Shown here one piece after another: positions 1 to 11,829 of a stretch of 64,000 bases of DNA. Made by a program: the position numbers and the translations under genes. The stretch covers positions 45,756,001 through 45,820,000 of the forward strand of contig OX597834.1 of assembly GCA_951406725.2 (NCBI GenBank), in the 5' to 3' direction. Under the pieces are notes generated by a model, which was given only the letters and a program-made list of their open reading frames with translations, was not told the DNA's origin and searched no databases. Source of the stretch: Octopus vulgaris. Its lineage: Eukaryota. Within the stretch, counting starts at the first letter, position 1. Every line of letters starts with the position of its first letter.

Positions 1-69
1 ATGTTTGCAGTTGTTCACACATACACGAAACGGAAGCTACGTAGAGGTATACGTACGAAGGATGCCAGT

Positions 70-113
<44 letters not shown>

Positions 114-222
114 GAGGATAATATCGATGTTTAAGTGTCGAAATTATCAAGTGGCCAGCATGTATATGTAAGTATATCGTTTGCTGTGCGTATATATATC
201 TGTATTTATGTACCCTTGATAT

Positions 223-282
223 ATTCAATTGATGACGGTAAAGCTTATCTAAAGCAGAACCAGAAATCCTTGGATCTTGAAT
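223..282 (+). ncRNA. Type I hammerhead ribozyme motif, copy 1 (C3U core variant)
   Basis: ATTCAA-TTGATGA-C-GGT AAA GCTT ATCTA AAGC AGA ACC-A-GAAA-TCC TT GGA-TC-TTGAAT. Stem I ATTCAA/TTGAAT, bipartite stem II, stem III ATCC/GGAT, AUC triplet with C at 276. Confidence 0.65.
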
Positions 283-706
283 TATTCAATAATTTTTGCT
301 TGTATGTTCTGTCCCTCCGCTTTACCTCATGGTGCGATATGAACATTTAACGTGGTTTTATAGTCAGAGTTTCGACTGCTATTTCGGCATGTTGGTGTCT
401 TTTTGAGACACCCTCATTTTTAATTGTTAAAAATTGTTTTACCTTTGTAAGGTATTTCTTTCATGCTGGCCACTTGATAATTTCGACACTTAAACATCGA
501 TATTATCCTCATATATAAATTTATATAATTCGTTATTATATTCACTGCAGTGCTTATTTTAACCATATCGTACTTATGCGGTGATTTGGCGGGCGATTCA
601 GACTGGCTGTGTCCATACGTGCATATGTATGTATGTACGACGCTCGTATATGTAAGTATATCGTTTGCTGTGCGTATATATATCTGTATTTATGTACCCT
701 TGATAT

Positions 707-766
707 ATTCAATTGATGACGGTAAAGCTTATCTAAAGCAGAACCAGAAATCCTTGGATCTTGAAT
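707..766 (+). ncRNA. Type I hammerhead ribozyme motif, copy 2 (identical to copy 1)
   Basis: Same sequence as 223-282 shifted by 484 nt; predicted cleavage after C760. Confidence 0.65.
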
Positions 767-906
767 TATTCAATAATTTTTGCTTGTACGTTCTGTCCCT
801 CCGCTTTACCTCATGGTGCGATATGAACATTTAACGTGGTTTTATAGTCAGAGTTTCGACTGCTATTTCGGCATGTTGGTGTCTTTTAGACACCCTCATT
901 TTTAAT

Positions 907-942
<36 letters not shown>

Positions 943-1025
943 GCTACAAGCACACACATATACACATACATGCATATATCTACCTATCTATCGATATATA
1001 TATATATATTTGTAAATAAATATAG

Positions 1026-1068
<43 letters not shown>

Positions 1069-1150
1069 CTAGGGATGTATGAAAAGTTTTGAGTTTTGAG
1101 CCTTCAAGGCCTTTGAGCCTTGAAGTCCTGTACCTTTTCATACACCCCTC

Positions 1151-1151
<1 letters not shown>
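1069..1151. mobile_element. ~83-bp mariner-type MITE (MADE-like)
   Basis: Imperfect TIRs CTAGGGATGTATGAAAAG / CTTTTCATACACCCCTCG, TA on both flanks, internal hairpin CTTCAAGGC..GCCTTGAAG. Confidence 0.6.
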
Positions 1152-1208
<57 letters not shown>

Positions 1209-1989
1209 GTTATCTTTTACTTGTTTTAGTAATTTGACTGCGGCCAAGCTAGGGTACCGCCTTGAAGGGTTTTTATGAAATACATTCATATTCTTAGATG
1301 TATACACGAATGAAATATACGAATATTTACCTGCATACTCTTTACACTGCATATATTTAAGAAACAAATTATTAACAAATAGTTACAAGTATATACACAC
1401 TTAGATATAAATCTCTCCGAGCAATTACCATCCTATGATATCACAATAAATGTAACAGTAAGATATTGAAATAAAAGTATATCGACTATATAAGGAAACA
1501 CAAGCATTTCATACATGAAGACGTATGCTGGAAGTAAGTATTAATGTCAAAAAGAAGAAACCGTGCTGTAAAGAAATCAGAGTGAAATGAGACAGATGCA
1601 CAAATTTACAGGTATAATTATAGAGGCACAAATTCATACGTACAAAAATGCATGCAGACACACACATGCGTATGTTTAAGGTCTTTGGGCTTATAGAAAA
1701 ACAACAATGAAAATATATAGGTAGTAAGAGCTAGGATGTAACATGGCACCCAAGGGAATTGTAAAGGAACCGAAGTAATAAGTTCACTGTCAGGAGTGTA
1801 ATGTGTGGGATGTGTACTAATCTCAGTGCGGCCTCCTAAGCCGAATAATTTCCAACAACACAGTCGTATGTACCAGATGTCAAAAGTACACTGGACGGCT
1901 ACAAGTGGTTCGTAATACTACGTAATATACACGTGATGTGCTTATAAAACAGCTGCAGTACTCGAGTACCTCCTTCATCCCCTTTATTT

Positions 1990-2570
<581 letters not shown>

Positions 2571-4390
2571 AGATGTTAATAATAGTCATTTCATATTTTA
2601 CATTTATTAGAGTAAATTCGGCTTACAGCTGTTTCCAGTAGTAAAAATATTAATGCTACTTTCGTCAACCCCTACGATAAAAATACTTTGAGTTCGTCAG
2701 TAATCTTAGCAATACTGTTAGTTTGGTGTACCAACAGAGAGCTTGTGAAGTATTCTGCCCGGATTGATAACCACTCACTATTAGCTATGTATGTATGCAT
2801 GTATGTATACTGTTAATGCAGAATTATGTAGCTTGATAGAATGATGTATAGACCGATGCGTTTATAAATAAAACTCAAAACATGAATATAGACCTATGTT
2901 TTTAATCCACAGTTGTTACAAAGTGACTTAAATGTCAAAGAATTTCGTACATTGACACCTATCAATATAATAAAGATGAATGGGTGGAGCTGTCTGCCTT
3001 TTTGACACTTTGTAACTCCTTCTGATTACAGTGAAATAATGAATGAATTAATGAAAATATAACTGATAGAGATACTTACAAATGATATATGTAAATATAT
3101 GTATCTCTATATCTGTATGTATGTGTATATTTGTACGTATTTGCTTAGTTAAATTTTATTATTTTTACTTAGAATTGTGAGTGTTAATATTTAGTTAACT
3201 CATACCTACGTACATCTTATTAGCAAACAGTTCCCAACAGAACATAAATAGAACAAACTATACACCAGAAACAATACAAAAGTCACCAACAGATGCGCAA
3301 GTAGTATAAATATATCATCCTTGTACTAAACAAAATCATACCAAGGAAACGCAAGATATAAACATACTCTGATGTGCCTGCATTATTACAAAACCAAAGT
3401 ATCACATTTTGGACAAACCGGAATAAAACATAGGCGTCACTACAGGAACATTCAATGATAGATAGTCTGAACACAAGTTGCTAAACTTATCCAAATGTGT
3501 GGCTGGCAATTCCCTGTAAAGCAAAAACTAAATGACATCAGATTATTTTAATAAGGTATCATCTCCTTCTAAGCAGTCTCTTATCATTATTTTAGATTCT
3601 ACTCACCGATAATATAAAGATCTACATATGTCCCAAATGCGTGAAAACATTTCATTTTTGTAAACATGTTTACCGTTTAAGAATTCTTTAGAATTTTGAA
3701 TACCGTAATTTTAAGAAAAATCTAAACAACTCTAAATATTAACCGTCTTCCGCCATAGCGTTTCATTTGTCAGTGCTGCCATGTTGACGGGTCTAATCAA
3801 ACTAAGAAGGCGCAGCTACACTGGTTAAAATAACAGGTGTAAATGAGGTGGTATGCAATTTCTCAAGCTGGTCTCTGAACAAAGACATTCAAGTTTTGAC
3901 CATCTTCTTTGGTTCTTGTAACAGTTGGCCATGTAGTTTAGTATTTTTTAAACATTTATTGTGTCCATTTGTACGATCAGAGTCAAGCCCATGCTGTAGC
4001 CTTTCATTTTCATGCGCGCCAAGTTTGTTACTGGATAAGGAAATGGTTACTAATTTTAGAAGATCACGTAGCTATGCAAACATGCAATATTTGTTCGTAT
4101 TGATGAAAGAGATAGTGAAAACATAGGAATATGAAAAATAATATAATATAAAAGAACGTATACGGAGAGAACTGGCTTATTATATGTTTGATATAAAACA
4201 GAAGAACAAATAAATGTATGTATACATGTATGTATACATGTATGTATACATGTATGTATGCGAGTATGTCTGCTGGTATATGTGAATAACAGAATGCTTA
4301 TGCACCTATAAATGTTCATCCGTATTATTGGAGGCATGCCAATATGTAGATATGTACATCAAGGTGGATGTATGTGCTTGTTCTAAACTA

Positions 4391-4421
<31 letters not shown>

Positions 4422-4448
4422 CTCTCTCTCTCTCTCTCTATCTATATA

Positions 4449-4491
<43 letters not shown>

Positions 4492-4754
4492 TATATACAC
4501 TAATATGTACTATATACTAATATGGTACGACAATCATACGTAAATACTACCCACACGATTATACAAAATCACGTACACATACACGCACATTCACTCACAA
4601 ACATGCACACTCACACGCACACACACACACACAAACACACAAAAACGTACACACATACACACACACTTGCATAAATATTGAGCCTTACCAAAATATACTG
4701 CATATAAATATCCTAATTTATCTGTGCACTTTTTTCGAGAGTAATAATATGTGT

Positions 4755-4803
<49 letters not shown>

Positions 4804-5374
4804 CGTGTATGAAGCTATATTTGTGTGCGTGCCTGTATCTGTCTATGCGTGTGACCTTGTGTGTAAATTCAGCTGTGTCAATTATATTTCTTGCCAAGAA
4901 ATAGGTTATAGGCGCAACCCGGCTCCCTTTTTTTTTTTTTTTTGCCACTTTATCACGATCAGAAATTTTTCCACATTGATTTTTTTGTTGTTATTGTACC
5001 TTCTGTCATCATTATTGTTGTTGTCGTTGTCGATCCTATATCTGTTACAGTTATAGATCTCATTTTCCCCGACGTGGTCGTCGTCGTTGTTGTTGTTATT
5101 CTTGGTGGTTCTTGTAAACTGCTTGTTAGAACAGCTGTCGTCATTCTGTGATTTTAATTGATTGTTAAATAAATAAATTTCGATATATTTATACGAGGGT
5201 GAAAAGTGCATCTGCTTTTCCTTTTTAATTTCAGCTCCTCCGTGTACTTGATAAGTAGGATTCGATGAATGGATCACCGTATCTTACTGGTATCGACAAT
5301 TCATTTACATCAAATCTTGACTCGTTAAAAGCAAGATGATTCCAAAGGTTTCAACTCAGGACATAAGCTTCAAA

Positions 5375-5598
5375 TTTTAGCACAATACCATCAATTTCTG
5401 GGTTGTGGTAACACGATAACATATACACCCTTCCGCCGCCCTGCACTCAGCAGGTACTTATTTCCCCGACCCCGAAAGAATGAAAGGAAAATTCGCCCTC
5501 GGCGGAATTCGAAATCAGCAGAAATTAGAACGTAAAGACGAACGAAATACCACTAAGCAATTTTTCCGGCATACTACCGATTCTGCCAGTTCACCGCC
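5375..5598 (-). mobile_element. tRNA-derived SINE family B (Meta-like central domain), diverged copy
   Basis: Reverse complement matches 37170-37400 (GGCGGTGAACTGGCAGAATCG...TTCCGCCGAGG...CTTTCATTCTTTCGGGGTCG...AAGTACC). Confidence 0.75.
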
Positions 5599-5689
5599 TT
5601 ATACAACCATATAACATTGTAGGCTTTGCAGACGGTCTCTCCTGCAGAGGGACTCGCCAACAGAGGGGCTTATCTGCAGATGGTTCGTG

Positions 5690-6122
5690 AACCAGCCTCA
5701 CTGCAGGATCTACACAGTTGATATCTCAGCGAAGTGTAGAAAGAAGGGCATCAAGTTGGTTACAGAAGTAAGTGAGGTTTGTGGATGAGGTGGTGTGAAC
5801 CCTGTTGGGTTAATGCAATCCGGGGTAGTGTTATGTGGGCTAATACTTTCTGGAATAGAACAATCTAGGATAATACTAAATCAATGCAATTTGTGGCTTG
5901 ACCAGCTTCGATAGCTGACCAGTATGAGGGTGCGTGATTGCAGAAAAACACGGAGTACCTAATGACACGAGGTACCCAAGTGCATCGCAAGATGTTCGGG
6001 ACCAAAAGAACGCATTTAAAGGAAAATGTGTAAGAATGAGTTTCAAGCTTCCTTTTGAAAGGTGAAGCAGATATGTTGAAGAGTTGAATAGGGAAGAGAA
6101 AGAAACGCAGTTCCTACGGCGC
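5690..6122 (-). mobile_element. Heavily decayed retroelement coding remnant (possibly the N-terminal region of a Penelope-like ORF)
   Basis: Non-microsatellite, higher-GC block with no intact frame; resemblance judged by eye only. Confidence 0.2.
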
Positions 6123-6200
6123 CTTAGTTATACGTGATACCATATCACTTCTTTGCCCTTTATGGTAATTTAATCACAAAGGAATCAAATTATATAGGCT

Positions 6201-6302
<102 letters not shown>

Positions 6303-7789
6303 TACGTACGTACACAAACATGTAAACACACACAAACACACATACATATATATATAAATGCATGTGCGTATATATGCATGTATGTATGATTTCTTTTTCA
6401 TTTCTTAATTTAGAGCTGATATTGACTGGGCACCTGCTTAATAGCAAGTTTGCGAGGAATGCACTTTGTTTTATTCATCACATGCCTTGCAGACGTTTAC
6501 AATTGTACGTATGCAGGTATATATATATATATTCTGTATCACCTTTATTAATTAAACTTAATCTTGTCCGGCTGCCTGCTTGGAAGAAAGGTTATTAATG
6601 AAACCATTTTCTTTTCTTCTTCAACCTCCAAATTCTAATGTCTAGCAGAAGGCATTGCCATAGATATCGTGATTAAACGTAGCTTTTTAATTAAGGATTT
6701 ACATTTTACCCAAGAGAAATGTGAAATTTGGTTTAATGGGATTCGAAACTTTGATTCATTCCATAGAGAATCGCACTGCATGATGGGAACATTGCTAATT
6801 ACAAGTCTGGAAAGAACTACATAAAGTGAAATGTGCAGTCTGTCAGTTTAATGTATAACATGCTAATTATAGTGATATATAGATGTGTAATTGTATGTGT
6901 ATATATATATATATGTGTGTGTGTGTGTATGTGTATGTGTGTGTGTATGTGTGTGTGTGTGTATGTGTGTGTGTGTGTTTGTGTATAAACATATGTATGT
7001 ATAAATACATTTATATAGATCTTTGTGTATATGTGTGCGTGTGGATGAGTGTGTATCTGTGTATATATATTTATGTAAATACACGGACATGAATATATAT
7101 TAATACGCATTCACACAACCATACAATCTCACACGCACACAAACAAACACAGATACACAAACACACGAGCACACATAACATGCGCACACATGCGCACACG
7201 TACGCGAAACAACATGCACACAACAATTGCGCACACACACCGCACACACATATGCACATATATATATACACCAGGTGGTGTTAATTATATCTGTTTCGCA
7301 TTCCTGTAATCTAATAAAAGAAAAAAGTGTAGACCGCTTCCAAAGAACATCGATATTAAGTGACACCTTTCTTCCTCCATCATTTTGTTTGATTTATATA
7401 TTTTATTCGATAGATGTTCAATTACGAACATCGGGACAATTCTCTTTCTATTTTGTGTCAGTAAATTAAATGGGAATGTGGCACCGTTGCAATATCGATA
7501 TATTTATAGACTTATGATGTCTAAATATGTAATAATATAATAGTTATGTCTTCATATCTGTGACAAGACACAAAACGTTCGAATCGATAATGCAGTGTCG
7601 TTCTGGGTTCGCAAATCGCTAGTTCTGTTACGAACTTGCCATACGTAATCTTAAAGAGTTGCGTTGAACCAAACTCTGTAACACTTCAGAGTTTTGCTTA
7701 AATAGAGACGAAAACCATGTCTAATGCCGTAAGATGGAGCACTCTCTTCACAGTTAGGCTTCATAGACGGAACCGGCTACACTGTTTAA

Positions 7790-8310
7790 ACGGCGTGAAT
7801 CTTACCGATGCCATAACGTTCATCCTGAATGGGATAGAGTCTACGCAGCGTTAACCATTCACAGTTGCGTGGACAGGAGCAACGTAAGAAATAATATTGC
7901 TTAACCAGAAGCGAAAAGTATGTTTAATTTCTTCAAAAGTATTAAGTAGAGTCTCGAGTCTTAAAACCCATAGAGCGACCCGTTACTCATGCAGGTTTCC
8001 CGGAACAGAAATTGAAACCACTTTCGTACGATCCTAGCCACTACGTTACGCGCCCCATTTCCTGGGCAATACACTCTTCACGCTTACGACTCATGGAGCT
8101 GGTTGCCCGGTTTCCGTGATCTATAAGTGACCAAGATTTCAACATACCTTCTGAAGCGACACCTGTCAATGCAGATTTACATTTACAACTAAGTGGATCG
8201 GAGCAACATCAACGGAGGTGTTTTACTCAAGAACACAATAGACTGCCAGTCTGGGAGTCGAAAATAAAATTTGGGGGCCTTAGTGCAACACCCTATCCAC
8301 AAGTCCCCAT
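7790..8310 (-). mobile_element. Two or more degenerate SINE family C (CORE-like) fragments
   Basis: AACTAAGTGGATCGGAGCAAC...GTGTTTTACTCAAGAACACAA (8187-8240) and GTTGCGTGGACAGGAGCAACGT (7864-7885) match the reverse complement of 50570-50830. Confidence 0.55.
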
Positions 8311-9370
8311 GACTTTAATAATATAGTTTTCCCATTCTAGATTAAGAGATTTTAGTAAGAGCAAATTTTGTCACCACTGTGAAGGCATTAAGTAGCAAAG
8401 CTAGCCTCTTAAATACTCAGAATGTAAAGAACCGGAGGAAATACTGCGAAGAATTCTTTCCGACGCTCTAATGTCTTTTCCAGTTCGCCGTCTTCTGCTA
8501 GCTTGACGGCTTAAAGAAATGAGTAGCATTACTTAAATGCTAGTAACATTTGTCAAATACATAATACAGATTATATTCATTAGACATGGGATTATAATAA
8601 TTCCGTGCCCGTAACGAAAAATGCTGAAAAAACGCAGCATTTAAAATATTTGATAGAAATGTTAATAGCTTTGCCTGCATTGCGTAACATAAGTTACAAG
8701 GACATCTATTTATATAAATATGAGAGCAGTGAGGATTCTCTCATCATTTCGACACGTAAAAGTTCGGTAAGAAACATCTGCACAGTGGTCTTAGTTCAAT
8801 GTTTGAAGCAAAGGTGATGGTTTGCGCTTGAGTCTGCAAAATGAATATTATTTTAGGAGATATAAGTCTGTGTAGAGCCAGTCCACCTTTCTCTTCCTTG
8901 GAACTCACATTGATCTGGCACTAGAACCACGACCTAAGGATTTATCTAGATCCAGGTTTTGTATTGAGCTACCTTCCCCTAGCTTAAGAGCTAAAGAGCT
9001 GAAAGGCCTCATATAGGGTATCTGTGTGGGGGATTGTCCGGAGAGAATGCCGTATGCCATAACGGGGACACATACAGGTGCTACTCTTCTGGTTCGGAGT
9101 AAACCTGGGACACAATACTCACTAAGAGGTGTTTCCACACTCAGCAAAACCGAGGAATTCTCCAACCAAGTCCGAAATACCGGGAGCAGATTACAGTCAT
9201 AATATGAACTGAGTATAGCAGTCGTAGTCTATATCAGTAAATTACACGGGTGTGTGTGAGTGGGGGGGGTACCGACCCTCCTTTAAAGGATGAAAAGTAA
9301 ACGACTGGTGGTATTTAAAGAAAGATGGTTAAGGGACGCAGTTAAATTTTCTTTGTGTGTTATATTTTAG

Positions 9371-9435
9371 ACTTGCCCAAGGTGCCACGCAGTGGGACTG
9401 ATCCCAGAACCATGTGGTTGGTAAGCAACCTACTT
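9371..9435 (-). mobile_element. SINE family A head fragment, left part of a copy split by the ORF1-only element
   Basis: ACTTGCCCAAGGTGCCACGCAGTGGGACTGATCCCAGAACCATGTGGTTGGTAAGCAACCTACTT is the reverse complement of the SINE A head; it continues at 11681. Confidence 0.85.
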
Positions 9436-9611
9436 TATTTCAAAACATTTGCCATAAAGGCAGTACACAGATTAAGTTAGCTTTGCGGGCTGGACGAGGA
9501 CATTAATGAGGTGAATGATAATGAAAGAAAGATGATAAGGATGGGAGAAGACAGAAAGCGCCCGCCGACTTTTGCTTCTCTAAAACATTGTTCTTTTTAA
9601 AAAAGATTAAC

Positions 9612-9737
9612 ACAAAACGAGGTATTAAACCTCTTACAATTTTTCCAATTTTGGGCTTAGCAGTCCATTATTAATACAAAACGAGGTATTAATCCTCTTA
9701 CAATTTTTCAATTTTTGGACTTAAGTCCATTACTAAT
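9612..9737. repeat. Two-copy ~64-bp tandem duplication in the element's 3' UTR
   Basis: ACAAAACGAGGTATTAA(A/T)CCTCTTACAATTTTT...AGTCCATTA(T/C)TAAT at 9612 and 9676. Confidence 0.9.
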
Positions 9738-10977
9738 AATACATATCGTCCTCGAAATAGCTTGTGCCCGCGCCCTCCACCATCAACCACGCCTCCCTCA
9801 GAACGTAGTCAAGTTCCGAGTTCGCGTCGCCCGGGACCAAGTTATAGTCTTCATTGAGCTCCTTTAGCCCTAGCGTCACGTCGAACGCCACGGCCTCCAC
9901 AGCTACCTGCGGAGGCCATTCGGGGTCCTGTGTGAAGGCTAAAGGTGCTCCCTTGTAGTGCTCTTCCATCACTTTTTCAATTTCTCCTCCTCTATAGAAG
10001 AGGACCAATACATTCAGTTCTTTCGTTGGCGGCACAGTTTCCGCCAACGGTATTCCTTCTCTTGTCGGTGGCACAACCCCAACCGACGTAGTTCCGCGAC
10101 ATTCCGGTGCCACACTGACAGCCGTCAACGTCCCGTTTTTCTTCCTCTTTTTCTTTTTTTTTCCCTTTTCAACTGAGGGAAGGTGCGTCTCCTCCGTGGC
10201 TGGAAGATTCGCCCTCCTCTCCTCATCCCTATTATCCTTTGGTGAGCACCCATTGTTGCTCACCTTCCTCTTTCGGCCTCTGCTTGAGGAGTCCTCTGCT
10301 TTCTCGGCCGTTATCGTTCCCTCTTCTAGAGGGGTTTTACTTAACTGTTCCGGGATCCTATTTTGTTCCCGAGGACAGTTCTTCTTTATGTGGCCGGACT
10401 CCAAGCACCGATGACACTTAGGGGGGCGACCCTCAAGCATCACCGGGTACCTGCACCCGGCCATTTTCAAAAAATCTGGAAAAACCAGATTGGCTGATTG
10501 GGTCCACAGGGTCAAAACTGCTTTCGAGCCAACCCAAGCAGCCGCAGGAAGAACTTTTACATTGAGGAGCTTAGTTTCGCTGTCACCCAGACCCCGGCGG
10601 ATAGTCTCCTCTATCCACTCGGGTTCTATGTCGGGTGGCAGTCCGCAGATCCAAGCTTTCATCAATTTCTTTTTTTTGTAAGTGGGCAGGAATAAGATTT
10701 CCTTACCCTCCAAGGGTTCGCTAGCAAATTTGCAAGCCTCTTCAGGGGTGTCAAACAGCAACCACACCGTTCCATATTTGACACCCCTGGAAATGAATTT
10801 AATTGTTGGCAAATACTCCTCCAACTCCTCCTCAATTGCCGTCTTTTCGAATAGGGCGATGGTGTCAAGTGCCTTGGAGTAGGTTCTCAACACCACCGTC
10901 CTATCTTCACGGTCCTTCAACCACTTTTTGGGTGGTATGATTTCCCACTCCAAAACTTTGTTATTTTTCATTGCCAT
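9733..10977 (-). CDS. L1/Tx1-type ORF1 (gag-like) nucleic-acid-binding protein, 414 aa
   Basis: Uninterrupted, intronless, GC-elevated ORF starting at ATG. CX2CX4HX4C knuckle CHRCLESGHIKKNC (10375-10416) follows RRM-like segments (VWLLFDTPEEA; WICGLPPDIEPEWIEETI; YPVMLEGRPPKC). Basic NLS-like tracts (RGRKRK, KGKKKKKRKK). Confidence 0.85.
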   Translation of the reverse strand: MAMKNNKVLEWEIIPPKKWLKDREDRTVVLRTYSKALDTIALFEKTAIEEELEEYLPTIKFISRGVKYGTVWLLFDTPEEACKFASEPLEGKEILFLPTYKKKKLMKAWICGLPPDIEPEWIEETIRRGLGDSETKLLNVKVLPAAAWVGSKAVLTLWTQSANLVFPDFLKMAGCRYPVMLEGRPPKCHRCLESGHIKKNCPREQNRIPEQLSKTPLEEGTITAEKAEDSSSRGRKRKVSNNGCSPKDNRDEERRANLPATEETHLPSVEKGKKKKKRKKNGTLTAVSVAPECRGTTSVGVVPPTREGIPLAETVPPTKELNVLVLFYRGGEIEKVMEEHYKGAPLAFTQDPEWPPQVAVEAVAFDVTLGLKELNEDYNLVPGDANSELDYVLREAWLMVEGAGTSYFEDDMYY

Positions 10978-11680
10978 GTTTTTTAAAAAATATATTCAAA
11001 TTAGACTCAAAAGCAGGAAGAAAAAAGTTCAAAAGTCTAAATAAATTTGATAGATTTTTGAAAAAACAAAAAGGAGAAAGCACAACAGAAGGGAAGAAAT
11101 TAACGGAAAGTCGCAATAAAGAAAAAACAAAGGGGGGGGGGGAAATGAAGTTCAAAAGAAAGTTAATAAACAGAAAAAACACAGCAAAAATATTCTGGCC
11201 TTGCGGTACTCCCGGCCTGGGTTGAACCTGGAACACCGCAACTGCAACACAACCTCCACAAAAAGGTCCGAAAGGTAATCCAATAGTGGCTTATTTTTAT
11301 ACTTTTCTTGCGAAGTACTCTGATAAGGGAATAAATTCAACAAATCCAAACACAGCACTGGCTACCGCCAACGGTGATTTTAACAGTAACTGTATTGAAT
11401 TCTGAGGATACGCCCCTCCACTGTTTTTTCTTTTTTTTTTTTTTTTCAATGAACACAAAAACGGCAGCCGCCTAGCGCAGGCGAAATTGTCTCAGAGTTG
11501 GACACAACCTACTGAAATAATAATTGGCACGCAATAAATTATGCCCAACTCACAATAAACAAAATCACTTACCTCGACAACTTTCCGTTTTTGGTCTTTT
11601 TTCTTTAGTTGGAAGGAGCTTGTTACTCACGTCCACTCTAGCTCAACAGGAAGCAACCGACTAACTGCGCATGTGTGGTT

Positions 11681-11713
11681 AGCAACCTACTTACCACACA
11701 GCCACTCCTGCGC
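11681..11713 (-). mobile_element. SINE family A 5' end, right part of the split copy
   Basis: AGCAACCTACTTACCACACAGCCACTCCTGCGC is the reverse complement of the SINE A start (compare 23642). Confidence 0.85.
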
Positions 11714-11729
11714 ATGTTTATATGTATAC

Positions 11730-11778
<49 letters not shown>

Positions 11779-11829
11779 TGTATGTATGTATGTGTGTTTG
11801 TTTGTATGTATGTTTTTATATAGAACGAG

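Larger units (their letters stand above)
104..907 (+). mobile_element. Penelope-like pseudo-LTR / retrozyme-like element: ~262-bp direct repeats (162-425, 646-907), a 59-bp inverted segment (104-162 vs 462-520), and one hammerhead per direct repeat
   Basis: Near-identical direct repeat at offset 484. Bases 104-162 are the reverse complement of 462-520. Flanked by (TA)n. Direct plus inverted terminal repeats with hammerheads are typical of Penelope-like elements. Confidence 0.65.
9436..11680 (-). mobile_element. ORF1-only (HAL1-like) non-autonomous non-LTR retroelement, 2245 bp, with 12-bp TSD AGCAACCTACTT
   Basis: TSD at 9424-9435 and 11681-11692; removing the insert restores a contiguous SINE head. 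~700-nt 5' UTR, one intact ORF, ~300-nt 3' UTR ending GAAATA(AA) at the junction. No RT/endonuclease ORF, no LTR or TIR. Confidence 0.8.

Noticed and set aside
135-834. Duplicated 71-aa and 94-aa ORFs
   Set aside because: They start at GTG, have no domain and arise from the non-coding direct repeat.
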